Source: Atribacterota bacterium
Lineage (GTDB): Bacteria > Atribacterota > Phoenicimicrobiia > Phoenicimicrobiales > Phoenicimicrobiaceae
Reading direction: 5' to 3'
Assembly: GCA_030668465.1 (NCBI GenBank)
Contig: DAOUTX010000001.1
Span: 1 to 30,357, forward strand
Length of the DNA stretch: 30,357 nt
The notes below the pieces were generated by a model that was given only the letters and a program-made list of their open reading frames with translations, had not been told where the DNA came from and searched no databases. Both the position numbers and the translations under genes were made by a program. Shown here one piece after another: positions 15,381-23,819 of the stretch; the stretch's first letter is position 1, and each line of letters starts with the position of its first letter.

Positions 15381-15978
15381 ATATTTCTAATATTTCCGGT
15401 CTAACTTTCCTCAAGAATCCTATACAAAACACAGTTAATGCTCCTTCTAAAATCATCACCGGCAGATGGGCAATTAGCGCCAATTTAGCTACCTGTATAA
15501 AAGGTTCTCCGGTAAAGACCAGAGCAACTGCCACCATTGTTCCGCTTAATAATACCGCCAAAAATCCACAAACAAAGGCCAGGGTTAGGGCAATAAAATT
15601 ATTCTCACTTCTAACTCCCCGATTAAATAGATAGAAACAGATAATTGCCGGAAAAGCCATATTTAAAGTATTTACTCCCAAGGTGGTGATGCCTCCAATT
15701 TGAAATAGTACTCCTTGGAAGGCAAGGGCAACTAATATCGCCGGAAAGGCGGACCAACCTAATAATAGCCCTATAATCCCATTTAGAATTAAGTGTACAC
15801 TTGATGGACCTAAAGGAACATGAATTAAAGAAGCCACGAAAAAAACAGAAGATAAAATGGCTACTTTAGGCACTTCTTTATGTTCCATCTTTTTTAAGCT
15901 ATATCCTACTGCTGTAGCAGTTAATCCTGCACCCGTAACTAATACAGGCGCAGATAGTATCCCTTCTGAAATATGCAT
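15379..15978 (-). CDS. cbiM: ECF S component CbiM/NikM
   Basis: N-terminal MHISEG with the metal-binding His2, FFVASLIHVP, SVHLILNG, GGITTLGVN, AHLPVMILEG. Confidence 0.95.
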   Translation of the reverse strand: MHISEGILSAPVLVTGAGLTATAVGYSLKKMEHKEVPKVAILSSVFFVASLIHVPLGPSSVHLILNGIIGLLLGWSAFPAILVALAFQGVLFQIGGITTLGVNTLNMAFPAIICFYLFNRGVRSENNFIALTLAFVCGFLAVLLSGTMVAVALVFTGEPFIQVAKLALIAHLPVMILEGALTVFCIGFLRKVRPEILEI

Positions 15979-15999
15979 AAAGTATTTCCCTTCTACTAT

Positions 16000-16785
16000 T
16001 TATTCCATATTATGAGTTTTGACCCAGAGCACTGCCCCTATTTCTATCGATTTCTCTTCTCCATCATGCTTTATTTTTTCTTCATCTTCATTAAGAGCAG
16101 CAAATCCCCACCAACCTGCTTTGGGCATGGCATAGGTAAATACACCATTCTGGTCAGCTTTGATCACCTGGGTAATCATAGGGTCAGCAGGCCATTTAAC
16201 CTTACCATCTTGATTGTAATACTCTACTTCTACTTCTGCATAGGGCACTGCTTCCCCCTTAACTTTTACAATCCCTTGAAAAACATTTCCTGTCCAGATA
16301 CCATACGGCCGAGTCAAGGGAATAATCTCAGTCTTCAGTCCTACCTCTTCATCCCAGCCCACTTCCAACCCGAGGGTATTTACAACCACCTTAGTATAGT
16401 GAATGATAAAACAATCCTCTGCAGGTTCCCAATAGGGTTGAGGTTCGACATAAAAGATTTGGTCACCCGGACGTTTTATCTGATAATTAGCCTCCCAGGT
16501 AGTGCAATTGTTAATCTTTTTCACTTGAAGTATGTTCAGTAAATCAATTTTCTTACCCTGAATCAATACTCCAAATTGCACTGGTTTATCCATATCCATA
16601 TAATCCCCTTCCATGGGATGAATAAATTGTACTTTTAAAGTAATGCTTTTATTATCATCCTGGGTGATCATATCATCAGAGGGGATTATCATCCCGAAAT
16701 GAGCATTGGCTACAATCATGCTCCCAAATAAAAATACTGCCACTAAACTAAAAATTAAAAACGCTTTTAATTTTAAATCCTTCAC
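16000..16785 (-). CDS. DUF4198 periplasmic protein (NikK/CbiK-like)
   Basis: GTG start with AGGAGG. Signal peptide then [48 protein letters not shown]. Confidence 0.85.
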   Translation of the reverse strand: MKDLKLKAFLIFSLVAVFLFGSMIVANAHFGMIIPSDDMITQDDNKSITLKVQFIHPMEGDYMDMDKPVQFGVLIQGKKIDLLNILQVKKINNCTTWEANYQIKRPGDQIFYVEPQPYWEPAEDCFIIHYTKVVVNTLGLEVGWDEEVGLKTEIIPLTRPYGIWTGNVFQGIVKVKGEAVPYAEVEVEYYNQDGKVKWPADPMITQVIKADQNGVFTYAMPKAGWWGFAALNEDEEKIKHDGEEKSIEIGAVLWVKTHNME

Positions 16786-16823
16786 GCCTTTCCTCCTGGA
16801 TAATTTAATTCGCCAATTAATTT

Positions 16824-17072
16824 TAGTTAACTAGTTAGTTGGTTACATGGTTAATTAGTTAATTAGTAAGTTTTGCAATGGGTAATATGTTATAAGTAAC
16901 CAGTTTTAAACTCAAAACATAAACTTGTACTAATATTTCTATTCATTAAATTTAATACTATCCGCTTTTAAAATGTTTTTAGGTAAATCCCATTAATATG
17001 GTAAAAACAGGTTTTGCCCAAAGGTTTCAATTTTTAACCAGATAACCAAGTAACTAACTAACCGATTAACTA
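16824..17072. repeat. Two oppositely oriented 8-mer periodic tracts (imperfect inverted pair)
   Basis: T(A/G)GTTAAT-like x6 at 16824-16871 and its reverse complement (xxTAAC(C/T)x-like) x5 at 17033-17072. Confidence 0.6.
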
Positions 17073-17113
17073 TTCACTATATACTATTTTCATTTTCGTG
17101 CTACGCATAAGGT

Positions 17114-17138
17114 AAAAAAAATTGAGGCTTTCAACCTC
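17114..17138 (-). terminator. Weak intrinsic terminator candidate after nikR
   Basis: Minus strand GAGGTTGAAAGCCTC stem-loop followed by AATTTTTTTT. Confidence 0.4.
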
Positions 17139-17194
17139 TCTATTGTAATTTAGATCTGAAAACTGTTAACCGAAAACTGAAAACTATTCTCTTT

Positions 17195-17611
17195 TTATAC
17201 TAACTCTTTCCCGGTAGTAGCTATAGATAAAGATCCGTATTTTACCCCTTTAGTCGCTCTTAATTTATCAGCCAGTTCTCTCACCTCTGTCGGCTTCCCT
17301 CTTACCACTATTATCTCCAAACAATTATCGTGGTCTAAGTGAATGTGCTGACTGGAGATAATTAATGTGTGAAAATCATGCTGGATATCGGTTAAGATAT
17401 TTACTAATTCCCTTTTATGGTGGTCAAAGACCAAGGTAATTGCTCCCGCAACTTCCTTTCCTTCTATCCATTCTCTCTTAACTAAATTCTCCCTAATTAA
17501 ATCTCTAATTGCCTCCGAGCGGTTAGGATATTTTTTCTCTTTGATGAGTATATCAAATTTTTCTAAAAGCTCTTTTTCTAATGATACTCCAAAACGGACT
17601 ATTTCAGACAT
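17195..17611 (-). CDS. nikR: Nickel-responsive regulator NikR
   Basis: RHH domain VRFGVSL...NRSEAIRDLIR; Ni ligands IQHDF and QHIHLDHDNCLE. Confidence 0.97.
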   Translation of the reverse strand: MSEIVRFGVSLEKELLEKFDILIKEKKYPNRSEAIRDLIRENLVKREWIEGKEVAGAITLVFDHHKRELVNILTDIQHDFHTLIISSQHIHLDHDNCLEIIVVRGKPTEVRELADKLRATKGVKYGSLSIATTGKELV

Positions 17612-17634
17612 TAATCCTTACCTTTGTAAGTATA

Positions 17635-17661
17635 TTGTTACTATTTTAAAAATAATAACAC
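17635..17661. promoter_or_regulatory. NikR operator
   Basis: TTGTTAC-N13-ATAACAC, two mismatches from the GTGTTAC-N13-GTAACAC type NikR box (consensus recalled from comparative genomics); overlaps the -10. Confidence 0.7.
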
Positions 17662-17680
17662 GATAACTCTGCCCTGTCAA
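17652..17680 (-). promoter_or_regulatory. Sigma70 promoter of nikR
   Basis: TTGACA (17680-17675), 17-bp spacer, TATTAT (17657-17652). Confidence 0.75.
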
Positions 17681-17754
17681 AAATTTTATTTATAATTTTT
17701 TTCCAATCTTTCCTTTTATTTTTATCTCTTAAAAACCTAAAATCTTCCTATGGC

Positions 17755-18324
17755 TTAATCGAGAATAATCTCCTCAAGAGTTCTTTTAGGTACATGGTGG
17801 ACTCCCTGACTATCCCGCCAGTACTTGATATCTCCCTCAGGCCCAACAGTTTCAAGCACCACCTTCTCCCTGGGTTTACCAACAGCCAATACATATAGAA
17901 TCTCATATCTTTCCCCAATTTTTAAGGCAGCCCCCAGCTCTTCTTTTTTCACCGATCCAAATATACACCCACCCAATCCTATTTCGGTTGCTCCTAAAAG
18001 AATACTTTGGGCGGCAATACCCGGGTCACACCAATAGTTTTTACTGATTTCTGTATCAAATAGCATAATGATATAGGCAGAAGGTCTTTCTCCTTCACCA
18101 GGACCAGGCCAATCCTTTAAATAACCTGCCCAGGTTAAAACAGGAAAGATTAATTCATTTTTATCCTTCTCACAAGATAAGATATATTTTAAAGGTTGTT
18201 TGTTAGAAGTTGAAGCTGAAAGTCTGGCTAAATCTACTAACTCTTCTAAGGTCTTCCGCTCAATTATAAAATCTTCGTAAAACCTCCGGTAACTTCTGTT
18301 CTTTTTAATTAAGCCCTTAATCAT
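17755..18324 (-). CDS. Nitroreductase-family flavoprotein
   Basis: KNRSYRRF, LARLSASTSNKQPLKY, DPGIAAQSILLGATEIGLGGC, LAVGKP, HHVPKR. Confidence 0.93.
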   Translation of the reverse strand: MIKGLIKKNRSYRRFYEDFIIERKTLEELVDLARLSASTSNKQPLKYILSCEKDKNELIFPVLTWAGYLKDWPGPGEGERPSAYIIMLFDTEISKNYWCDPGIAAQSILLGATEIGLGGCIFGSVKKEELGAALKIGERYEILYVLAVGKPREKVVLETVGPEGDIKYWRDSQGVHHVPKRTLEEIILD

Positions 18325-18359
18325 AAATATTCTCCCTTCTTTATAAATACAATCATTAT

Positions 18360-18400
18360 CCTGGTGTAAAATTTACACTTCCCTGGTGGAAAAATTCCAC
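18360..18400. promoter_or_regulatory. Tandem palindromic operator candidates upstream of the nitroreductase
   Basis: CCTGGTGTAAAATTTACAC (18360) and CCTGGTGGAAAAATTCCAC (18382): 22-bp period, each containing a 15-bp palindrome GTG-N9-CAC. Confidence 0.55.
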
Positions 18401-18438
18401 ACTGACAATAACAATATTTGAGTGTAATTTTTATCAAG

Positions 18439-18629
18439 CTTGGGTTCAATTTGCAAATGCAACACTTTACTTTGGTATAATATACCAAAAGAAAGGAGTT
18501 GCATATGGCTCATTGTTCTCAGTTAAGTATTAATGAACGTAAAGAGATCAGACTTGGATTAGCCAAAGGGTTCAGTAAAAACTGTATTGCGCTATCTCTT
18601 GGCCGATCATCTCTAGTACAATCTGTCGC
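18439..18629 (+). mobile_element. IS30-family remnant: left inverted repeat plus a truncated, frameshifted transposase HTH
   Basis: IR-like CTTGGGTTCAATTTGCAAATGCAACA (18439-18464) resembling IS30 ends; AAAGGAG RBS; ATG 18505 gives MAHCSQLSINERKEIRLGLAKGFSKNCIALSLGRS; after an apparent 2-bp CT insertion the frame continues STICR; similarity stops at 18629. Confidence 0.8.
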
Positions 18630-18661
18630 ATGTGGGTATCTGCTTAAGCAGATACCCACAT
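18630..18661. other. Perfect 32-bp palindrome (stem-loop) just after the binding-protein stop
   Basis: ATGTGGGTATCTGCTT|AAGCAGATACCCACAT; no U-tract follows on the minus strand. Confidence 0.85.
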
Positions 18662-18668
18662 TAATTAA

Positions 18669-19706
18669 TTAGTATTTCTTTGATGGAGCCGGGAATAATG
18701 TTTCTGGTTTTTGTAAGAATTCAAGCACATTCGACTTATCGGTTACGACACTTGGAGTCTCAACAAATCCGCCCTTGAATTTGCCTGTTAAACCATCATA
18801 TGCTACCTGCATTGCAATTAGACCCATTACATATGGGGTGGTGTTGGCTGTAGCAGTAATGTTGCCATTGTAAATTTCTTCGAGGCATGCGGTATCACCG
18901 TCATTGCCGAGGAATATAATGTCAGTACGACCGAGTGATTCAGCTGCCTTTTGAGCTCCCATTATTTCATAGTCATTACCGGCAGCCATAAGGTTTATCT
19001 CAGGATGAGCCTGAAGCATATCCATGGCAGCTGTATTGCCGCCCTCTACATTCCATTTACCGTCCAATCTGGATACGACTTCAAAGTTGGCAGCGCCTTT
19101 GATTCCCTCAAGAAAGCCTTCTGACCTCTCAGTAGCATGCCAGCCCGGTTGGCCTAAAATCAATCCGACTTTTGTCTCAGCGCCATTCATCAACTTAACT
19201 GCATATTCACCAATTGGTTTTTGAGCCTTTCTCTGTACGTAACCAACAACACCGTGTATATTAGTTGGGAATAGCAGTATATCCGAATTAACAATTATTA
19301 CTTCGATACCCTTTTCTACAGCCTGTTTTACCAATGGTGCCGCCGCATGTTCATCGTGTGTAGAAAAGATAATGGCGTTTACGTCCTGAGTAATAACGTC
19401 CTGGAGCATATTCATTTGACCGTTGATGTCCGCGCCGCTTTGCGGTGCGAGCATAGAGAATTCAACATTGAGTTCCTTTGCGAGCGATTTAATACCTGCG
19501 CCGATAGCCATGTAGTAGTTAAACTCAGTTGCGGGTGGCATATAGATTAACTTCATTGTGCCGCCGGTTTTGATATTATCAAAAGTTGCCTGTGCTTCAA
19601 TCGGAACAGGCGCAACATATTCAACAGCTCCGGCTACAAGAAAAAATACTCCTATCATTGATATACTCATAATCAATACAAATGTCCATAACAATATTTT
19701 TTTCAT
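18669..19706 (-). CDS. Monosaccharide ABC substrate-binding protein (RbsB/peripla_BP_4 type)
   Basis: Preferred start ATG 19706 (AGGAGG); a TTG at 19766 is an alternative. Signal peptide without lipobox; EFNYY, IIVNSD, ERSEGF, DGKWN, NDYEIMGA, GNDG. Confidence 0.92.
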   Translation of the reverse strand: MKKILLWTFVLIMSISMIGVFFLVAGAVEYVAPVPIEAQATFDNIKTGGTMKLIYMPPATEFNYYMAIGAGIKSLAKELNVEFSMLAPQSGADINGQMNMLQDVITQDVNAIIFSTHDEHAAAPLVKQAVEKGIEVIIVNSDILLFPTNIHGVVGYVQRKAQKPIGEYAVKLMNGAETKVGLILGQPGWHATERSEGFLEGIKGAANFEVVSRLDGKWNVEGGNTAAMDMLQAHPEINLMAAGNDYEIMGAQKAAESLGRTDIIFLGNDGDTACLEEIYNGNITATANTTPYVMGLIAMQVAYDGLTGKFKGGFVETPSVVTDKSNVLEFLQKPETLFPAPSKKY

Positions 19707-19922
19707 TTCAAATTTCCTCCTTTTAAAATTCTTAATTACAAAAAATACATATGATTGTTTCTGCAAATCACCTCCTACTGTAATAATGTTGTTAATGCTT
19801 CACTTTTTCTTTTTATCTTCCCTCCTTCTTTTATTGTGAATGATTACTCGCAAATACGAATCGTTATCATATGGATGTCTGTTTTATATCTTAATATACG
19901 ACCAATTGATTTAGGCCTAATG

Positions 19923-20912
19923 TCAAGCTTCTTTTCCAAAATATTTTTTGAATAGTTCTGCTACCTCAGTTTTCCACATGTCTATTAGCACTGCAATCAG
20001 TATTATAATTCCAATTGTAATGCTTTGCATTGATGTCGGTACCGCGTTTAAGTTCAGTCCATTTTGTACTATTATTATTATCAGTGCTCCAAGTAGAGTA
20101 TTAATTATATTTCCGCGACCGCCCAATAGGCTTGCTCCACCAATAACTGCTGCCGCAATTGCAGATAATTCCATTCCTGAGCCATAGTTTGGAGAACCGG
20201 AGTTCAGGCGTGATGCCATTAGAATAGAGGCAACGCCCGCCATTGCACCTGCTATTACAAAAGTTGTGAATTTTACTTTCTTTACATTGATACCCGAAAG
20301 TTTTGCGGCGATTTCATTTCCGCCTACAGCATATATCTCCCTGCCTAACTTTGAGTAATTCATATACAGAGCAAAAAAGATATAAAATATAGCTATATAG
20401 ATTAAGGGTAGCGGAATTATACCGAACAGTTTGCCGTAGAAAAACACCTCAAAATTTCCAGCGATCGAGAATATTGGAGATCCATTGTTAAACAGGAAGG
20501 CTACGCCTTTGAATATGCTTAAGCCTGCCAGAGTTGCTACAAAGGGGGGTACTTTCAAATACGCGCTAAATAGACCGTTAAAAGCGCCAAGTATTGCGCC
20601 CAGTATCACGGCAAATAACAGACCGGCTATCACCGGCCACCCTTCAAATTTTATAAGAGTAGCCATTGCCATTGTGATAAGCGCAATCATAGAACCTATG
20701 GAAAGATCTATGCCACCTGTGAAAATAACAAGTGTTGAGCCGATTGCCATAAGAGCTGTTATGGAGACAGCGAGGCTCAGATTGTTGAGATTGCCTAAAT
20801 TCCAGAACCTATCAGTAGTAAATCCAACTATTACCGCTACTAAAATTGCCGCAATAAGCGGGCCGGCAAAACCTGAGACTCTAATACCTTTCTTTTTTAA
20901 TTTTGTACCCAT
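19923..20912 (-). CDS. Monosaccharide ABC permease (RbsC type)
   Basis: GGIDLSIGS, VPPFVATL, GREIYAVGGNEIAAKLSGI, ELSAIAAAVIGGASLLGGRG. Confidence 0.95.
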   Translation of the reverse strand: MGTKLKKKGIRVSGFAGPLIAAILVAVIVGFTTDRFWNLGNLNNLSLAVSITALMAIGSTLVIFTGGIDLSIGSMIALITMAMATLIKFEGWPVIAGLLFAVILGAILGAFNGLFSAYLKVPPFVATLAGLSIFKGVAFLFNNGSPIFSIAGNFEVFFYGKLFGIIPLPLIYIAIFYIFFALYMNYSKLGREIYAVGGNEIAAKLSGINVKKVKFTTFVIAGAMAGVASILMASRLNSGSPNYGSGMELSAIAAAVIGGASLLGGRGNIINTLLGALIIIIVQNGLNLNAVPTSMQSITIGIIILIAVLIDMWKTEVAELFKKYFGKEA

Positions 20913-20952
20913 AAGTATTACCTTACTGTGTGTTTTATGATTCTAAATAAAA

Positions 20953-22437
20953 CTAATTAGTATTATTTTTTTCGCCTGCATCCCTTGCATCTACAATACT
21001 CGTGATTTTACCGAATTTAAGGTTGCCAATAGTATCGCTCATTGACAACAGTTCAAGATGGTCAGAACTTATAAGCAATACGCCTTTTCCTGCAGCCGTA
21101 AATTTGTTGATAAGATTATAAATCTCTATTCGTGAGCCTACGTCAATACCCTGAGTAGGTTCATCCATAATAAAGAAATCCGCTTCTGCAAACAGCCAAC
21201 GCGATATTACAACTTTCTGCTGGTTGCCACCTGAAAGGAAGCTTACAAATTTGTATTCTAACGGAGGTTCGATTACAAGCTGCTTATTGCTTTCGTCGTA
21301 TGTCTTTAATTCTTTTTTTAAATCTAAAATGTGCAGTTTCTTGGATTTGAACAATTTTTTGATTCTGGCAGTGGTTGAGTTTTTGGGTCCATTAAAATTT
21401 AAGAACAATCCATCTGTTTTACGATTTTCGGTGATGTATGCTATCCTGGCCTCGATCGCCTGCTGCGGATTATTAAATTTTACTTCCTTCCCCTTGAAAT
21501 AAATCTTGCCACCGGTTACTTTGTCAACACCAAACAATGCGCGCGCAATTTCTGTACGGCCAGAACCAAGCAAACCCATAAGGCCGAACACTTCACCTTT
21601 CCTGACTTCAAAACTGACGCCGTTAACACCGATTTCGGTTGTAAGGTTTTCAACTTTTAAAATAACCTCGTCTTGAACGTTGCGTTGCTTTGGATAATGC
21701 TCAGTGATCTGCCGCCCAGACATCATCTTAACTATTTTGTCCATAGTAATTTCAGAAATATCTACAATCCCGACGAGCATACCGTTTTTTAGCACAGCAA
21801 TGCGGTCAACAAACTTCATAATTGTATCAATCCGGTGTGAAATATAAATTATTGTATGCCCAGTGGAAGCTAACTTTCGTAATAGTTTATGAAGTCGCTT
21901 GATCTCTGGCGTTGTTAGAGCAGTAGTAGGCTCGTCAAGTATCATTAGACTGCCATTTGCTGTATAACCCTTGGTAATTTCAACAAGTTGCTGCTCCGCA
22001 ACCGAAAGATTGCATATTATCGCGTTCTCGTCTATGTCGATTTGCATGGTATCGAGTATCGACCTTGTCTTTTCATGCATTGTACGCCAGTCCACGAATC
22101 CCTTTTTATCCTTTAAAAGTCTGCCAAGAAATATGTTCTCGGTAACAGTTAGTGTCGGAACAAGTGAAAACTCCTGATAGACGGTAGACACTCCAAGCTT
22201 TTGGGACACCGCCGAATTTATTATTTTAACAGATTTGCCCTGACAGTAAAATTCACCCTTTTGAGGTTGGTTGATTCCGGACAAACATTTGATAAGCGTG
22301 GATTTCCCGCTGCCATTTTCGCCAATCAGGCCAATAATTTCACCCTTATATATGTCAAGAGAAACATCGTTCAATGCAATAACCCCGGGGAAACGCATCG
22401 TAATATTTTTGAGTTGCCAGAATACTTCAACTTCCAT
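20953..22437 (-). CDS. Monosaccharide ABC ATPase with two NBDs (RbsA type)
   Basis: Start moved to ATG 22437 (AAGGAG). GENGSGKST, DEPTTAL, YISHR, ENRKTDG, LSGGNQQK, DEPTQGIDVG. Confidence 0.95.
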   Translation of the reverse strand: MEVEVFWQLKNITMRFPGVIALNDVSLDIYKGEIIGLIGENGSGKSTLIKCLSGINQPQKGEFYCQGKSVKIINSAVSQKLGVSTVYQEFSLVPTLTVTENIFLGRLLKDKKGFVDWRTMHEKTRSILDTMQIDIDENAIICNLSVAEQQLVEITKGYTANGSLMILDEPTTALTTPEIKRLHKLLRKLASTGHTIIYISHRIDTIMKFVDRIAVLKNGMLVGIVDISEITMDKIVKMMSGRQITEHYPKQRNVQDEVILKVENLTTEIGVNGVSFEVRKGEVFGLMGLLGSGRTEIARALFGVDKVTGGKIYFKGKEVKFNNPQQAIEARIAYITENRKTDGLFLNFNGPKNSTTARIKKLFKSKKLHILDLKKELKTYDESNKQLVIEPPLEYKFVSFLSGGNQQKVVISRWLFAEADFFIMDEPTQGIDVGSRIEIYNLINKFTAAGKGVLLISSDHLELLSMSDTIGNLKFGKITSIVDARDAGEKNNTN

Positions 22438-22552
22438 AGGAATGAACTCCTTCTTTAAATGCCTGTACATATATAAAATAGATATTTCTATATGCGATAA
22501 AAACACTTATTATATAGGAAATAATAAAATCAATATAATTTTTTTTAAAAAA

Positions 22553-23050
22553 TTATTCTGTATATGCACCGGAAGAATATGTAAGTTCATAACTATGGCT
22601 GTATACTTCGAAAATTATACCAAACGGGTCTTCCACGTAACACATTCTATAAGGTTTTTCCCCTTTGTAATAGTATCTGATAGGCATTCTTTGTTTGCCT
22701 CCGAGGTCTACGATTTTCTTTACAAGACCTTCAACATCGGGATCTTTTACACAAAAGTGAAATATCCCGGTTTTCCAATATTTGAATTCGCTTTCTACTG
22801 GTTCGTTATTCGGAAATTCAAAAATCTCAACACCAATAGCATCGCCAGTTGACATGTGGGCAATCCTGAATTTTGACCAGTTTTCGCCGAATACGTCGTT
22901 GCACATTATACCGATGTCTGAGTCGTCTTTTTCAATCTTGGTGGGTGGCATGATAATATACCAACCCATTACTTCGCTATAAAACTTTACAGCCTTGTCT
23001 AAGTCAGGGACTGATATTCCTAAATGTGAAAATACTCTTGGATATGTCAT
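22553..23050 (-). CDS. VOC/glyoxalase (lactoylglutathione lyase-like) family protein
   Basis: FSHLGISVPDLDKAVKFY, GVEIFEF, GIFHFCVKDPD, YVEDPFGIIFEVYSHSYE; metal ligands H/E/H/E. Confidence 0.93.
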   Translation of the reverse strand: MTYPRVFSHLGISVPDLDKAVKFYSEVMGWYIIMPPTKIEKDDSDIGIMCNDVFGENWSKFRIAHMSTGDAIGVEIFEFPNNEPVESEFKYWKTGIFHFCVKDPDVEGLVKKIVDLGGKQRMPIRYYYKGEKPYRMCYVEDPFGIIFEVYSHSYELTYSSGAYTE

Positions 23051-23125
23051 AGTGTTTTACCTCCACTTTATAACTCTTAATTTGTTAAATTAGAAAGATG
23101 AAAATCTTCTGTTTTTATATGATAC

Positions 23126-23573
23126 TTATGAAGATACCTCAACTTTTTGAAGATCTTTAATTTGAACATTTTCCAAAGTTTCATTATACTTTGGGTTATC
23201 TGGCAACAGGTGCTGTGCCTGAGTCTTTAATCTCGCAAACTCTTCTGCTAAATCTTTACCAAGCCATACAGTTGTGTATACAATACCCCGTCTTTCTTCC
23301 TGAACTGAAAGGTGAGATTTCTCATCGCCCTTTAAGAAGCCAGAGATTGGCTTTGTCTTCTTTCCATAACTTCAGCAGTCTGACTATTAATAATATCAAA
23401 ATTAACTCGTTTTTTTATATCATTTTTAACCAACTTTGTAAAGTCAAATTTGAGTCTAATACATTTACAACATTGAAAAACCTTTGTTATTTAATAACTT
23501 ACTACAATATTCAATCGGAGTCAAAAAGATTCGCTTGAACAAGTTGTTTGATATCAAATAAAGAACTTTCAAA
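23126..23573 (-). pseudogene. Unidentified degraded coding fragments
   Basis: Start-less open frame 23371-23126 (…GKKTKPISGFLKGDEKSHLSVQEERRGIVYTTVWLGKDLAEEFARLK…), a preceding frame (…RVNFDIINSQTAEV) and a short piece FESSLFDIKQLVQANLFDSD (23573-23514), separated by stops and frameshifts. Confidence 0.4.
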
Positions 23574-23750
23574 TCCCAAAAATGTCAATACAAAGTTCCC
23601 CGATACCAGTGTTATCAGCTTTAATTTCCTCTGGACCCATTATCAGTCTTAGCCCAAAGACTTTTCTGTAAAAATCAATTGCTTTTTCCAAGTTAGTCAC
23701 CAAGATTCCCGCGTGATTACGTGATTAAAAGGATACCTGTAATTTATCAT
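23569..23750 (-). pseudogene. Frameshifted, truncated VOC-family paralog
   Basis: AAGGAGG RBS and ATG 23750; 8-bp tandem duplication CGTGATTA (23712-23727). Removing one copy gives MINYRYPFNHAGILVTNLEKAIDFYRKVFGLRLIMGPEEIKADNTGIGELCIDIFG, which aligns with the N-terminus of 22553-23050. Confidence 0.85.
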
Positions 23751-23819
23751 TTGAATAACCTCCTTTGAATTTTTTACTTCTATTTTTTTTATTTCTCTTG
23801 CCGACGCTGGACTTTAACT

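Noticed and set aside
16786-17194. Cobalamin or NiCo riboswitch ahead of the cbiM-like cluster
   Set aside because: The region is very AT-rich and I could not find the B12-box or other conserved riboswitch elements; an Rfam search would be needed to exclude it fully.
18364-18400. Rex or CRP/FNR site
   Set aside because: Spacing is GTG-N9-CAC and the TGTGA/TCACA or TTGAT/ATCAA cores are missing.
22482-22522. Imperfect inverted repeat upstream of the first sugar ATPase
   Set aside because: ATTTCTATAT...ATATAGGAAAT is low-complexity AT-rich with a long spacer and no second copy, so it cannot be told from chance.
23191-23538. 115-aa plus-strand ORF in the gap between VOC genes
   Set aside because: TTG start without RBS and no motif; the minus strand of the same region carries more protein-like decayed frames.
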